Source of the DNA: Chiloscyllium plagiosum
Taxonomy: Eukaryota
Direction: 5' to 3'
DNA: 63,498 nucleotides
Assembly (NCBI RefSeq): GCF_004010195.1
Contig: NC_057717.1
Location: 41,688,260-41,751,757 of the forward strand
Shown in pieces: positions 10,495 through 22,990 of the stretch. The notes beneath the pieces were generated by a model. It did no database searches. It was not told the origin of the DNA and saw only the letters and a list, made by a program, of their open reading frames with translations. How positions within the stretch are numbered: position 1 is the first letter of the stretch; each line of letters opens with the position of its first letter. The translations under genes and the position numbers were made by a program.

Positions 10495-10835
10495 GGGCAG
10501 CACGGTGCCTCAGTGGTTGGCACTGCTGCCTCACAGTGCCAGGGTCCCAAATTCGATTCCACCCTCGGGTGACTGCCTGTGTGGAGTTACCACATTCTCC
10601 CTGTGCCTGCGTGGGTTTCCTTCGGGCGCTCTGGTTTCCTACCACAGTCCAAAAGATGTGCAGGTCAGGTGATTGGCTGTGCTAAATTGCACACAGTGTT
10701 CAGGGATGTGTAGGTTAGAGTGCATTAGTCAGGGGTAAATATACATTAGGGGGAATGGGTCTGGGTGGGCTACTTACTGTCCAGAGGATCTGTGTGGAAT
10801 TGTTGGGCCAAATGGCCTGTTTCCATACTGTAGGA
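10495..10835 (+). mobile_element. tRNA-derived SINE (HE1-like elasmobranch SINE)
   Basis: ggcagcacggtgcctcagtggttggcactgctgcctcacag... A/B-box head, tgtgtggagtt..cacattctccc core, LINE-like tail gggccaaatggcctgtttcc; copies at ~31629-31970 and ~55360-55700. Confidence 0.85.
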
Positions 10836-11079
10836 TCTCTCCTCTTAAAACCATGGGAGTGCTTGCTGCAAACGCAGAGAATTCATTTTACATCGATGTG
10901 TTCAGACGGATGCAGAGTTCACAAATTTGCAGAAGACATGAACTAGAGGATAACAGAGCACATTGTTTATTCAGACACTGAAAATAGAGTAATATTTATT
11001 TTAATTAATATACTTGACCGATTTATTGCAATGTAGCGATCGGAAGGAATATGCTCACATTAGTTAAGTGTGACAATCA

Positions 11080-11250
11080 TTTAGATTAGATTTCCTCCAG
11101 TATGTATCGGGCCATTTGGCCCAACAAGTCCACACCGACCCTCTGAAGAGTAACCCACCCAGACCCATTCCCCTACCCTATATTTACCCATGACTAATGC
11201 ACCTAACACTATGGACGATACAGCATGACCAGTTCACCTGACATGCACTC
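11080..11250 (-). mobile_element. Partial HE1-like SINE (3' part only in cluster 1)
   Basis: Reverse complement of the SINE tail; fuller copies at ~32215-32500 and ~55966-56230. Confidence 0.75.
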
Positions 11251-14200
11251 CTCCGGATCTGTGCTTTAATTGGCGATATTTCCCACCTCAATAATTTTGT
11301 TAAATACAATGACTTATTAAATTTATTAACTCAGTGGTTATTTATGTTCATTGTGAACACATTCTCATTCACATTAATCCATTGGTTAGTTCCTCTGATG
11401 AATGTTCAATTACAATGAATATATTTGACGTGAGGAGTTGATCAATGTATCCTCTAGGATTAAGTCTGTTGTGCAGTTTGCTTCAGTGCTTTCTCCGACT
11501 AACTTGTCAACGGTCCTGACCATTTGTAAATTGTCCAGTTCGGATACCTGAATCTCAGACAGTTCAATTTCATTTCGCGCTTCAAAACCTCTTTTATATG
11601 CCAGAAATACAATATTCGATTAGGCGCCTCAGAATTGAGAGCCCTGACTAAGTTGTTCCAATCAGAACGAAAGTTTCAGGAACAAAAGGCAGATAACAAG
11701 AGTTTTGAAATTGGGTTTTGGCAACAAAAAAATTTCATTGAGCGAGGCAGAGGGAAATATGCTGTATATTTTCTTTGTGCCTAAGTTATGCAGGACATGT
11801 TTCGCGGCACAATGTAGAATCAGAATTTTTTTGCATCTTATTATTTGAAAACCTATTATCAGCTTTTAATATCACTGGCAACGGTCATATTACACTTCAA
11901 AACATTTTAATCTTTTCCACAATAACTAGACCGTCTGTTGCAGCAACATTCACAGGGGAAAGAGGAAGGGAGTTCTAGGTTGGAATCCAGTGACAATGAA
12001 TTGATGGCAATACAATTCCTAGATTTATTCCTCTGTCGTTCCCATAGAGTTTGAACAATTTGGAGCTGCTGTCAAAGCATTCTTGGATAAATGTTGAAAT
12101 ATTACTTTCATTGTACAAACATTTTGGAACAATCCCTGGTTGTTGGAAGGTGATAATAACTAACATGGTTTATGTACTGTCAAAACAGGTGGGCTGTGTT
12201 CTCCGTGATAGTGTCAAGCTCATTGTATTCAGGTCTGTTGTGAAGTTGTAGTAGAATCCCTGATTCTGTGCCAGGTGGCCTGTGTTCACTTACAACCTGT
12301 TAGAGAGGTATGTAACACAATCTCTTATCAGGTTACTTCAGTGCAAGAAAGCAGATTGACATGTTTGGGTGTTTGTTGGAATTCCACTCACAGAGGCAAA
12401 TGAAATCTATTCAATCGCTGTCCTGACTTGTGTCTCTTAGATATTAAACAGAATTTTGGTGGTTAGCAGCTTTTTCCAGATCAATATTTGTTCACAAGCT
12501 TTTGGGCATCGATGGATGGGGTTAATGGAGTAAGTGCTCAAAGAAATCCAAGCTTTTGACTTGCTGTTCTAACAATATCATTTATAACTAATTCAGAAGA
12601 ATCATTTTCGAAGCATATTTGATGAGATTATGCTTAGGCTGTTTTACTTCATATTAAACCAGTGCTGTAGCTGAATTTGATGTTCAGTACAGTGGGAGTT
12701 CCTCTGAATCCAACAATTGCAGCAGATGGTGATAGCTTTTCAGTTGGTCTTCAATTGCTATCTCAGACCATCCAGTACCTCTGCTAAGAATCCTTTTTCC
12801 AACAGGAGTGAAGCCAACGTAATCACTGTTTATCTCAACAGGTGTGATCTCTTGTGCCAAAAACATGAGAACAATTTGCTGAAGAGGGGGTCTCTGGATG
12901 CGAAAGGTTAACCTTGCCTTCTCTCCACAGGAGCTGCTAGACCTGCTGAGTTTCTTCAGAAATTTCTGTCTTTATTTTGGTTTTCTGGCATTTGAAGTTT
13001 GTTGTTTCATTGAAAAAAGTTCTGTTCGATTAAACACGTTCTTCAGAGAAAAGATGCATTTGAACAAATTGCGAATGTTCAGAGATATTAAATATCAGAG
13101 AATCATTGAATTTGAGCGCCTTGATCTCGAGCTGTAGTTTCACAAGAAACTATTATGAAGTTACAACACACTCCAGAGCGCAGTGGCTGCTGTAATTGGG
13201 TGGAAGTTATTTTGATTACTCAAATAGAGAATGTCAATGATCCCGTTCTAAATAATCAACAGAAGGTTTTTTTAAAGCATGTGTGAAACAATTAATTTGT
13301 TGAAATATTTTAATAAAAAGTGTTCACCACCAATGCTAGCTTAATGAATGACACAATGATAGGAAGGTAGGAGCAAGAGGAGGGCACTCAGCCCCTCGAG
13401 CTGTTCCACCACTTACTTAGGTCATGGAGCATCTGTGAGCTAAATCCACAGGTCTCCCTTTGGCTAAAACTCTTTAACACTTTTGATTAACAAGCAAAAT
13501 CTGTCCCAGATTTACTGATTCGACTGCCCGTAACAAAGGGAGACACCCTTTCTGAAAGACATTCCTGTGAGTACTGTGACACAATGAGGCTGGAATTAAT
13601 TGCTCATGAAAGTAAACTTTAAATCTCTGACAATTTCCAATTGATACATCCCAATCATCATATTTCATTAATTTAACACTATATTTTCCTGGAATAAAGA
13701 AATATAATGTGTGATTGCCTTGCTAAAAATGAGGGAAGCTTCATTCCTATTGTATGATTAAGAAATAGCTCTGTTCATTCAGTGAAAACACAGTCAAATC
13801 ACACAAAAGGAAACCATGTCATCTTGTGTAGACACACAAGTGCCTCAAATAATTTTCAATTCTTCCAGTGGTTGTTTGAATCTCTAGACAGGTGTCTAGA
13901 CAGGTGGAAGTGTCAGACTTTTTATATCACCTTTAGAAACCAGTTGTCATCAGCCTATTTGAATTGCTGAAGTTTGTGTGGTATTAGCGCATTCACAGCG
14001 CTGTTAGGAAGTGAGCCCCATGGCTGTGATTGAGGAAGAGGAAACGGGCAGGGAAATAGTTGAGAGTCAAGTTGAAGTCTGATTTGGAGGAAAGCTTTCA
14101 GGAGAAGCATTTACAAGCATGTACACCCTTATCCTCAAGGATCACAATTTTGGAACATGATGCCGAAGGGACATGTCAGCATGCAAAATGGAAGGTGAAG

Positions 14201-14319
14201 AAGGCACCTTGGCCCCTCTCGAATGCTATTCCATTCATAGGATCATCATTAATCTTGCTGCTCACCAGTCTTCCCAACACACCGATAACATTGAACCTGA
14301 TTGTTTACTGTTCAGCAAA

Positions 14320-15065
14320 AAGAATGGTGAATCTTTGGAATTCTCCACCACAGAAATTGATTGAGGACAAAACATTAAATTATTTCAATAAGGAGATAGA
14401 TTTCTTCAATCCTTAAAAAAATGCTACGGATATGTGGGAGAAAGGGAAACAGGCTACAATATTGGTTGAAAGCCATGAAAACATTGAATGGGGCATGGTT
14501 TGTAAGTTTGCACGTAACGCCAACATTGGTGGTATAACTGGCAGTGAAAGTTATCTAAACGGACAATGAGATCTTGATCAGCTGGGCCAATGGGTTGAGG
14601 AGTGGCAGATGGAGTTTAATTTAAATGAATACGACGTGATGTTAAACACAGGGCCCTGAGGGTCCAGACTCATAGATTCTTACAGAGTTAATGTTAGGGC
14701 ACTGGGTAGTGATGTTGAACACTGAGGACCCTGAGGGTTCAGACTCATAGATTCGTGAAAGCATTGTCTCAAGTACCTAGTGTGTTGAAGGTGTTTGGCA
14801 CATGTACCTTCATTGGTCAGAGCACTGAGTGCAGGGGTTAGGGCTTCATGTTGAAACTGTCCAAAACATTGAAATGAACTGCCAGAGGAAGTGGTAAATG
14901 CAGAGATAGGTCCAACATTTAGAAGACATTTGAACAGCTCCAGGAACTGGTTAGCTCTGGATGGATATGGGCCAAAGGCAGGCAAGTGGAATTAGTTTAA
15001 TTTGGGAACTCTGGTCAGCATGGATGAGCTGGACCAAAGGAACTGTTTCTGTGCTGTGCGACTTT
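14320..15065 (+). mobile_element. Degenerate CR1-type LINE fragments
   Basis: VNLWNSPPQKLIE..., tgggttgaggagtggcagatggagtttaat, WNELPEEVV..., 3' end ggaccaaagg; homologues at ~35810-36615 and ~59960-60770. Confidence 0.75.
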
Positions 15066-15709
15066 ATGACGCACTGACTTTATGGCGGAGTAGGCTCAAA
15101 GTTCGAAGGTGGTGAGCAAGTGAGGGCCTAGATTGGGTATGTTGGAGAGTTTGGGCTGGTAGGCTGTGAGGTGTTGGCTGGCTGCTGGGTAAGCTTGTAT
15201 GCACTCTGTCTGACAAGGTGGCATCAAGGTAAATGATAATGGTCACAGGATAATTTGGTCGAATTGTGCTTGGTAGGTGAGGGTAGTTTGTGCTGAAATG
15301 CAGGAGGTCTGTCTTTGCCAGGCTGGTTTATGGAGAGGTGAGCCGGATGCCAGGCTGGTTAGTGTAGAGGTGGGCAGAGTGCCAGGATGTTTCGGGGGTG
15401 GAAGATCATTGTAATGAAGTGACAGGTTGACGTGTTGGTCAAAATGCAAAGCTCGGAGTCTGGCAAAATGGAAGGTTGTAAAGCACAGATGCGAAAGGAA
15501 CTAGGATGCAATGTGCACAGGTTGACTTGGGTAAGATGAGAGGTCAGTGATCAAGGGCTGAGGTCATGTCTTGGGTAGTGGGCTTTTGTCAGAGGTTGTG
15601 AAAATGATGGTGCCAGGTCCAGTCAGGGCCAGATTCACCATGGGCCAGGTGCAGGGCGGCAGGAGTGTAAATGAGTGAAAGGAATTGAGATCATATGTCC
15701 ATCTGGAAT

Positions 15710-16375
15710 ATAGAATATAGAAACTTACGGTGCAGTACAGGCTCTTCAGCCCTCAATGTTGCGCTGACCTACGGAAGCAATCTGAAGCCTATCTATGCTT
15801 CACTATTCCATTTTCATCCATATGTTTATGCAATGACCTTTTAAATCCCCTAAAAGTTGGCGAGTGTACTATTGTTGCAGGCAGTGCGTTCCATGGCCCT
15901 ACTACTCTCTGAGTAAAGAAACAACCTCTGACATCTGTCATCTATGTCCTCTCCTGCTAGCCATCACTATTCAAGGAAAAAGACTTTCACTGTCCACCCT
16001 CTGTTTATCTTTTATGTCTCAATTAAGTCACTTCTCAACCTTCTTCTCTCAAACAAAAACAGCCTCAAGACCCTCATCCTTTCCTCATTAAACCTTCCCG
16101 CCATACCAAACAACATCCTGGTAAATCTCCTCTGAAGTCTTCCAAAGCTTCCACATTCTTTCTGTAATGTGGTGACCAGAACAGTACACAATACTCCCAA
16201 GTGTGGCCACACCAGAATTTTGTACGGCTGCAGCCTAACCTCGTGGTTCTGAAACTCAGTCCCTCTCTCGATTAAAGCCAACACAAAGTATGCCTTCTTA
16301 ACATCTCTATCAAACTGGCTGGCAACTTTTAGGGATCTATGTACATGGACACCGAGATCTCTCTGCTCAGCTACA
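15710..16375 (-). mobile_element. CR1-type LINE fragment
   Basis: Minus-strand QRDLGVHVHRSLKVASQ.DR.VKKAY..L..I.RG.EF...; homologues at ~37265-37930 and ~61410-62070. Confidence 0.85.
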
Positions 16376-16859
16376 CTACCAATATGGATTGCCTTGGATG
16401 TGTTTCGTGTGATAGGGGTTGTGTGTTCCGGGCATGAATGGGTGTATAGCAGGGTAGGGTTTTTCAATGTGAGTGGGAATTTAGGTCTAGACAGAGTAAG
16501 GGCAGTGGTAAGTCTGAAAGATGAGGTTTGGTGGTGAACTGCGTGTCAGTTTGATCGTTATTAAAGTTAAAGATTACTTGTTCATTTCTCAAATCATATT
16601 TACGTAAATACTCAGCTGTAACAATCCAAAGTCTCTGAACCTTAATGGTCCTCCATTTTTCAGAGGCCTGCAGAATTCAGATAATTGTAAATTAGATGTT
16701 TCAACTTCCAGACAATTGGCATGAGTTCAGCGGTGACAGTCATCCTCCTAGTCCCAGTGTTCAGCTCCTTCCTGTGCTGCTGCTGCAGTGACCTCCCTCC
16801 CAGAGAGAACATTCTGCCTTGCATTGATAAGTGAGGAAGGCTCACTGAACTTGATTTCC

Positions 16860-17135
16860 AAGTATGGGGACGGCAAACACAAGGTGACACAACTTTACTG
16901 TGAGGGGAGATAGGTATAAGACAGATGTCATAGGTAGTTTCTTTACTCAGAGTAGTAAGGGTATGCAACGGTAGTAGATTCGTCAAGTTTAAGTACATTT
17001 AAGTCGTCATTGGACAGGCAAATGGACGTACATGGAATAGTGTAGGTGGGATGGGCTTCAGATTAGTATGACAGGGCAGCGCAACATCGATGGCCGAAGG
17101 GTCTGTACTGCACTGTAATTTTCTATGTTCTATGA
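16860..17135 (+). mobile_element. CR1-type LINE 3' end
   Basis: ttctttactcagagtagtaaggg...gcaacatcga.ggccgaaggg.ctgtactg...ctatgttctat tail; homologues at ~38415-38703 and ~62555-62846. Confidence 0.8.
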
Positions 17136-17201
17136 TTCACTCTGATTTCTCTCCGGGCGTACTGCCAGCTGTTAGGTCTTTCCAGCAGCACGGTACCTCG
17201 T

Positions 17202-17515
17202 GGGGCAGCATGCTGGTTCCGTGGTTAGCGCTGCTGCCTCACAGTGCTTGTGACTCGGGTTCCGTTCCAGCCTCGGGCGACTGTCTGTGTGCAGTTGGCA
17301 CTTTCTCCCCATGTTTGTGTGCGTTTCCTCCCACAGTCCAAAGATGTGCAAGCTGGGGGAATTGCAAATGTTGTATTCAGTGATTGGGAGTTTAGCTGCA
17401 TTAGTCAGGGTTAACTGTAGCATAATAGTGTAGGGGAATGGGTCTGGATGCGTTACTTTTCAGAGGGTGGGTGTGGACTTTTTGGGTCAAATGGCATGTT
17501 TGCACACACTGTAGA
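17202..17515 (+). mobile_element. HE1-like SINE
   Basis: tRNA-like head, conserved core and LINE-type tail; homologues at ~38774-39085 and ~62915-63225. Confidence 0.8.
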
Positions 17516-17848
17516 ATTTCGATGAATCTGCATTTCCTTGGTTTGCATTTTGTGAAACTTCTCTGCTGTTCACAGCAATCCTGTGAAAGTGTCAGTTGGT
17601 GAGATCTTCAAACAGTTACTGGGATGGGATCAGGATGTTCTTCTTCCTAAATTGTATGGCAATGTCGGGGGCATGTTTCTAAAGAGGGAACCAATGATCA
17701 TGATCAGCAACTGGTAGGAACCAAAAATAAACCCCAGTTATGCTGTAGACTCAGCGGGAGCATACTGGCAAACGTTTACAGCTGAGGATACATTTGAATA
17801 ACAGATAAGGTCAAATGAACATAAACTAACATGGTAATTCTATTGTAG

Positions 17849-18154
17849 AGACACCGTCTCCCCCCACGCTTTATGGCCTGGTCTCCTCCTGTCAGGAGCA
17901 CAACACCGGTTCTGCAATCTTTGGTTGTTTGGTGATGGACTATTCCCCTGACGTCACCAAGGTGACCTGGAAGAAAGGTGGGGAGCTAATCATGACTGGA
18001 TTGAAGGCTTACCGAATAGTGAGAAACAAGAAGGGAACCTACACCCTGAGCAGCCAGTTAACCCTGCCCGAGTCAGCGTTAGGTTGCCCCAGCAAAATCT
18101 ACTGTGAGGTTCAACACAACGGGTCACACAAGAGCAAAGAAATGCCATGTCCAG
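17849..18154 (+). CDS. IGHM: IgM CH1 exon, cluster 1, intact
   Basis: Acceptor ttgtag|; (E)[15 protein letters not shown]...[19 protein letters not shown]...TYTLSSQL...IYCEVQH...MPCP; donor G|GTATGT; 306 nt. Confidence 0.96.
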
Positions 18155-18268
18155 GTATGTGTTGTGGGAACTGAGGTAAACAGAGCATCTGGGATTAATA
18201 TGAATAAGGCATTATTTTTAACCGTTTTCACAGAATCACCTTATACAGCACAGGAAAAAAGGCCCTTT

Positions 18269-18768
18269 NNNNNNNNNNNNNNNNNNNNNNNNNNNNNNNN
18301 NNNNNNNNNNNNNNNNNNNNNNNNNNNNNNNNNNNNNNNNNNNNNNNNNNNNNNNNNNNNNNNNNNNNNNNNNNNNNNNNNNNNNNNNNNNNNNNNNNNN
18401 NNNNNNNNNNNNNNNNNNNNNNNNNNNNNNNNNNNNNNNNNNNNNNNNNNNNNNNNNNNNNNNNNNNNNNNNNNNNNNNNNNNNNNNNNNNNNNNNNNNN
18501 NNNNNNNNNNNNNNNNNNNNNNNNNNNNNNNNNNNNNNNNNNNNNNNNNNNNNNNNNNNNNNNNNNNNNNNNNNNNNNNNNNNNNNNNNNNNNNNNNNNN
18601 NNNNNNNNNNNNNNNNNNNNNNNNNNNNNNNNNNNNNNNNNNNNNNNNNNNNNNNNNNNNNNNNNNNNNNNNNNNNNNNNNNNNNNNNNNNNNNNNNNNN
18701 NNNNNNNNNNNNNNNNNNNNNNNNNNNNNNNNNNNNNNNNNNNNNNNNNNNNNNNNNNNNNNNNNNNN
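18269..18768. other. Assembly gap (500 N, probably a placeholder size)
   Basis: Exactly 500 N, where CH2-CH4/TM of cluster 1 would be expected. Confidence 0.95.
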
Positions 18769-20395
18769 TTTATCCCCACTTTTGTGTTCTGTTAGTTAAC
18801 CATTCTTCTGTTCATGCTAATGCATTGCCCGTAACTCTGTGCATCTTTATCTTATGCAGCAGCCTTTTGTGCAGCACCTTGCAGAATGCCTTTTGGAAAT
18901 CCAGATACACCACGTTCACCAGTTCCCCAGTGTCTACCACGCTCATTATAACCTCAAAGAATTCCAATAAATCCGTTAAAGATGACTTGCCTTTCATGAA
19001 CCCATGCTTCATTAAATAAATGTAGGTGTTGCATTTTTGTAAGGCAAACCAGGACATGACTGATGCAATTAATGGCTGGGCCTTGGCTGAGTGTTGCTGA
19101 GCAAAGAAACCAAAGGGTGCAGATGCATCATTCCTTGAAAGTGGAGTTGCAGGGAGACAGGGTGGGGAAAAAGGTGTTTGGCATGCTTTCGTTCATTGGT
19201 CCTAATGTTAAGTGTAGGAGTCTAGATGTCATGTCTCAGCTGTACAGAACATTTCTGAGGCCACATTTAGAATTATTGCAGACAAATCTGGCTGACCATT
19301 TCTATGAAGGATTTTGTGAAACTTGAGAGGGTGTAGAAAAGATTTCCAAGAATGATGCTGGAACTGGAGTGTTTAAGGTATAAGCTGAAGCTGAATAGGC
19401 TGGGGCTTTTCTTTTCCCTGCAGTGAGAGAAAAGGAGGCTAAGGAGTGGCCTGAACAAGACTTATAAAATCATGCAGGGCATTGATATGGTGAATAGCCA
19501 AGGCCTTTTTCCTCGAGCGGGAGAGTCCAAAACCAGAGGACAGCAGTTTAACATGAGAGGAGATACATTTGAAAAGAACCTGAGGGGTAACCTTTTCACG
19601 TGTATGTGTGGAAAAAGCTGCCAGCGGTAGTAGTGGAAGCTGGTTCAATTACTGCATTTAAAAGGGACCTGGATGGGTGTATGAACAGGTAACATTTAGA
19701 GGAAGATTGGCCAAATGTTTTGCAAACAGTTCTCAGTCAGATTGCGATATCTGGTCAGTGCAGTTGGACCGAAGGGTCTGTTTCTGTGCTGGATATCTGT
19801 ATGACTATAATGTTTGTTAAAACTGAAAAGATGCTCTATTCGTACCACAGCTGGAATACTGTGACCTGTTCTTGGGACTCATATCACAAAGAAAAGGTAC
19901 ACTGGAATGTGAGACAATCCACATGAAGTTTAGTCGACTGATCCTGAAGATGGAGGGACTGTCTTGAGAGTAGAGATTGATTCGTTTGGGACTACACTCA
20001 TTAGAACATAGAAGATTCAGTACTGACAATCTGAAACATCTATTATTTTCAGGAAACTTGATGGTGTAAATGCAGAAATGTTGTTTCCCCTTGTGGGAGA
20101 GTTTCGGACCAGGGAGTAGAATCTCTGAATTCGAGATCACAAATTTCGGGCAGAAGAGAATTTTGTCTCCCAGATTGTAGAGAATTTGTGGAATTCTTTA
20201 CCACAGAAGCCTGTCGAGGTTGGGTCATTCAGTATTTTGAAGGCTGAAATGGGCAGGTTTTGATTTGGTAATTGAATCAATGCTTACAGTTAAAACGCTG
20301 GAAAGTGGAGGTGAGGATGAGCAGCTCAGCCATGATGTCATTGTTTGCAAGACCAAACCCCATTGGCTGAACTGGCTGCTTCTGGTTCCCTATCA
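18769..20395. mobile_element. Mosaic of CR1-type LINE fragments (minus ~18769-19010; plus ~19010-19800 and ~19830-20395)
   Basis: HGFMKGKS.LT.LLEFFE...V.VVYLDFQKAF.KV.H.RLL.K (RT) on the minus strand; CR1 C-terminal and 3' UTR motifs on the plus strand. Confidence 0.85.
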
Positions 20396-20497
20396 TTGAC
20401 CTTTGCTCTAAGTTAGTCTTTTCAGAATTATATAGGCCTCATCTAAATTAACCTCCATTTCATGTTTGAAGCCCAGCTGCTTCAATCCCTCCTCATC

Positions 20498-22990
20498 ATG
20501 AAAAAAGGGATCGCCTTTCTCTCTGTTTGATGGCATTGCATTCTGCCTCTAATGCAGTGACTACATTTATAGTCCTCCAGTTCTGTTGAATATTTGTCAA
20601 ACACAACCACAGCTGTCACAGAAAAGGTTAGACAGATCAAAACTACATTTAAACTACTTTCTCAAACGCATTGTCGGTATGCATTGCATAGAATACACAC
20701 ATTGCATATTAAAGCTCTCTCAGCACTTATCCATTAAACACTGCAAGGGTTGTTCATAGATGATTTTCTTATGTGTGTATGTATGTCTGTGCCTGCAGAT
20801 GATAGTCTACTTGTATAACAAAGTTTCGATGCATAGTATTGTTCCCTTTTTATTCTGGTATCAAGCATTTCAAAATCAGAAAGACATTGGGTAGGAGTTC
20901 AAGCCCCTTTACATGGCTACATCAAATGTTTTCTGCGTTTGTACAGCTCATGTAATGTGCTGGGTAAATCTCCCTCTATATTGTGCTGTCCAATGCAAAC
21001 ATGTCAAATACATTTTGGTTGAGACACAGAGTAGAGCTGAATCCAGGATTCCCTAAAAAAAAACCCTCCCAAAGCAGGTGCAACACAGTCGACACAGAAT
21101 AAATCACCCTCTACAATATTAAACATTCCATTAGATGTGCAGTAAAAGTTAATTATAGACGAAATATGCATTGCACTGAACCATTAAACACTCCTCAGCC
21201 AAGAATAATACTGCTGAGTTACAATGAAACCATATCACAGTTAAGTCTTTCCGATCAAGCATTTCCAGATTACTCAATACTCAGACAGATTTTTGAGAAA
21301 ATCTGGCTGTACTGACTCAAATCTCTCGAAAGAAATGGATGAATTTGCCTGAGAGTATATGTTGGTGAGGTGTTGGCTTCATGTTATTAAAGAAAACGTT
21401 GTCCGATTGTGGAGAGGGAAAACAAGGCATCAGATATAAAGAAAAATGGGGGGAGGCAGGAGGGGAAGAGAGAAAAAGAGAGACAGAAATATTAGCTGTG
21501 CCAATGTATCTCTTAGTTATAGTTTTTTTGACTAATCATGACAATTGATACCTCTGTCATTCAACAATCATACAACTTATGTATTAAAAAGTCCTAACAT
21601 CAATTAGTACTGGAATCCATTGAGTTATTTGCATTTTTTCCACAATTCGTGTGCTGTGCTTGTGGGGAAATATAAATTGGGGTTTTGTTGTTCTGTAATT
21701 TATTCTGAGAATTCTCTTTCTGTGTTTATTTGCATAAATGCTTAATTGGTTTCAAGGACGTGATGGTGACAGCAAAGCCAGACGGAAGAAGTGATTTGTT
21801 GGTAAGATTCAAATCGAAACAAGTTTATTTTAAGAATGTTGACCATTTTCCGTTTTGAATTCAAATTTATGAAGACGAATTGCAACAGATTTTATTTATT
21901 TCTGGATGATAAACACTATTTAAAACTTTTATTGAGGGTAAAAATTCAGTGCTGAAAATTCTGCAATTAAACTTCAATGTTTAACTGGATCTACTCTGAA
22001 TGTCGCTGCTGAAAATGTGTTGCTGGAAAAGCACAGCAGGTCAGGCAGCATCCAAGGAACAGGAGAATCGACATTTCAGGCATAAGCCCGAAACGTCGAT
22101 TCTCCTGTTCCTTGGATGCTGCCTGACCTGCTGCGCTTTTCCAGCGACACATTTTCAGCTCTGATCTCCAGCATCTGCAGTCCTCACTTTCTCCAACTCT
22201 GAATGTCCCACTAATCTATATTGTAGTCCGTTTAGACGGTGCAACATCACTCAAAGTGCATTTTAGAATATTCACGTGAAATACTTGAAATGGCATGAGG
22301 AACTGCGCAACAATTACATTTAATTGATATAGTTGTTGTGAGGTTTTGTTACATGTATTACTTTCTGGTAAGGGTAAACAATGAGTTCCTATCCCCAATT
22401 GCCCATTGAATAGCTTGCTAAAGCCACTTCAGAACACAGTCAATTAATTCCCAGTAGGTCAGGAATCTCATGTCGGCCAGACCATGGAAATGTGACAGAT
22501 GCCTTGTCATTGGTGAACCAGCTGTTTTTTGTTTTTTGTATTTTTTCCATTGACTCGGGTTACATGGTCACCATTTGGCTTTCATTCCGATTCCAGGCTT
22601 TCTTTGAATTCAAATTTCACCCTGGGCAAACGATGGTATTCCAAACACCGTCCATTCAGCATCAAACTGGAGTTCGGGAATACTGGTGTCATAGTATCAC
22701 CGCTGTGATCCTAATATTGGAAATGCACAGAAAGCGGTCACAAACAGAAATGCAATAAATCTGACACTTTACCTCATGAACAAATATTGGAGTGCAATAC
22801 TGGCAAGAACTGTCTTGCTGTTCGCAGCAACATCACAGGAGACTTTGCATCCAATCATCAATCTAAACTGGGTACCGGACTCTGTCTGAAGAGCCTGACT
22901 CACCATAATTTGCATTTCTTGAATTCTTCACTGACTTATGAAAAAGTTAGTCACATATCCCAAGAAGGTGGTCATCAGCTGCCTTTTTGA
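20498..22990 (+). pseudogene. Candidate four-exon short-chain helical cytokine-like pseudogene (exons 20498-20626, 21757-21801, 22236-22367, 22828-~22990)
   Basis: TATATA ~20429; signal-peptide-like exon 1 (129 nt, donor AAG|GTTAGA); 45-nt exon 2 (tttcaag|..TTG|GTAAGA); 132-nt exon 3 (tttag|..CTG|GTAAGG, one TGA); exon 4 after gttcgcag| containing FLEFFTDL; junctions read phase 0; several stops and frameshifts. Confidence 0.5.
22005..22195. mobile_element. Short Penelope-terminus-derived element forming a 74-bp-arm hairpin, 12-bp TSD
   Basis: Arms 22008-22081 / 22086-22159; ACTCTGAATGTC duplicated at 21993-22004 and 22196-22207; related termini at ~23068-23146 and ~43725-43805. Confidence 0.8.

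Noticed and set aside
10495-10570. tRNA-like sequence
   Set aside because: It is the tRNA-derived head of a SINE, followed by SINE core and LINE-like tail.
9549-14416. Short ORFs recurring in all three J-C introns (e.g. MLDFNLFFFV..., MQQMVIAF...)
   Set aside because: Products of duplicated non-coding or repeat DNA, with lengths and frames varying between copies.
18104-18799. Long ORFs containing X runs (also near 27352-27898, 29074-29550 and 47813-48447)
   Set aside because: Artefacts of translating N-gaps.
20553-20630. Resemblance to an Ig transmembrane exon (TTFIVL.F..IF...TAVT.K)
   Set aside because: No acidic spacer or acceptor upstream, needs a stop and a frameshift, and is far more decayed than any other Ig exon in these recent duplicates. 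It fits better as exon 1 of the cytokine-like candidate.
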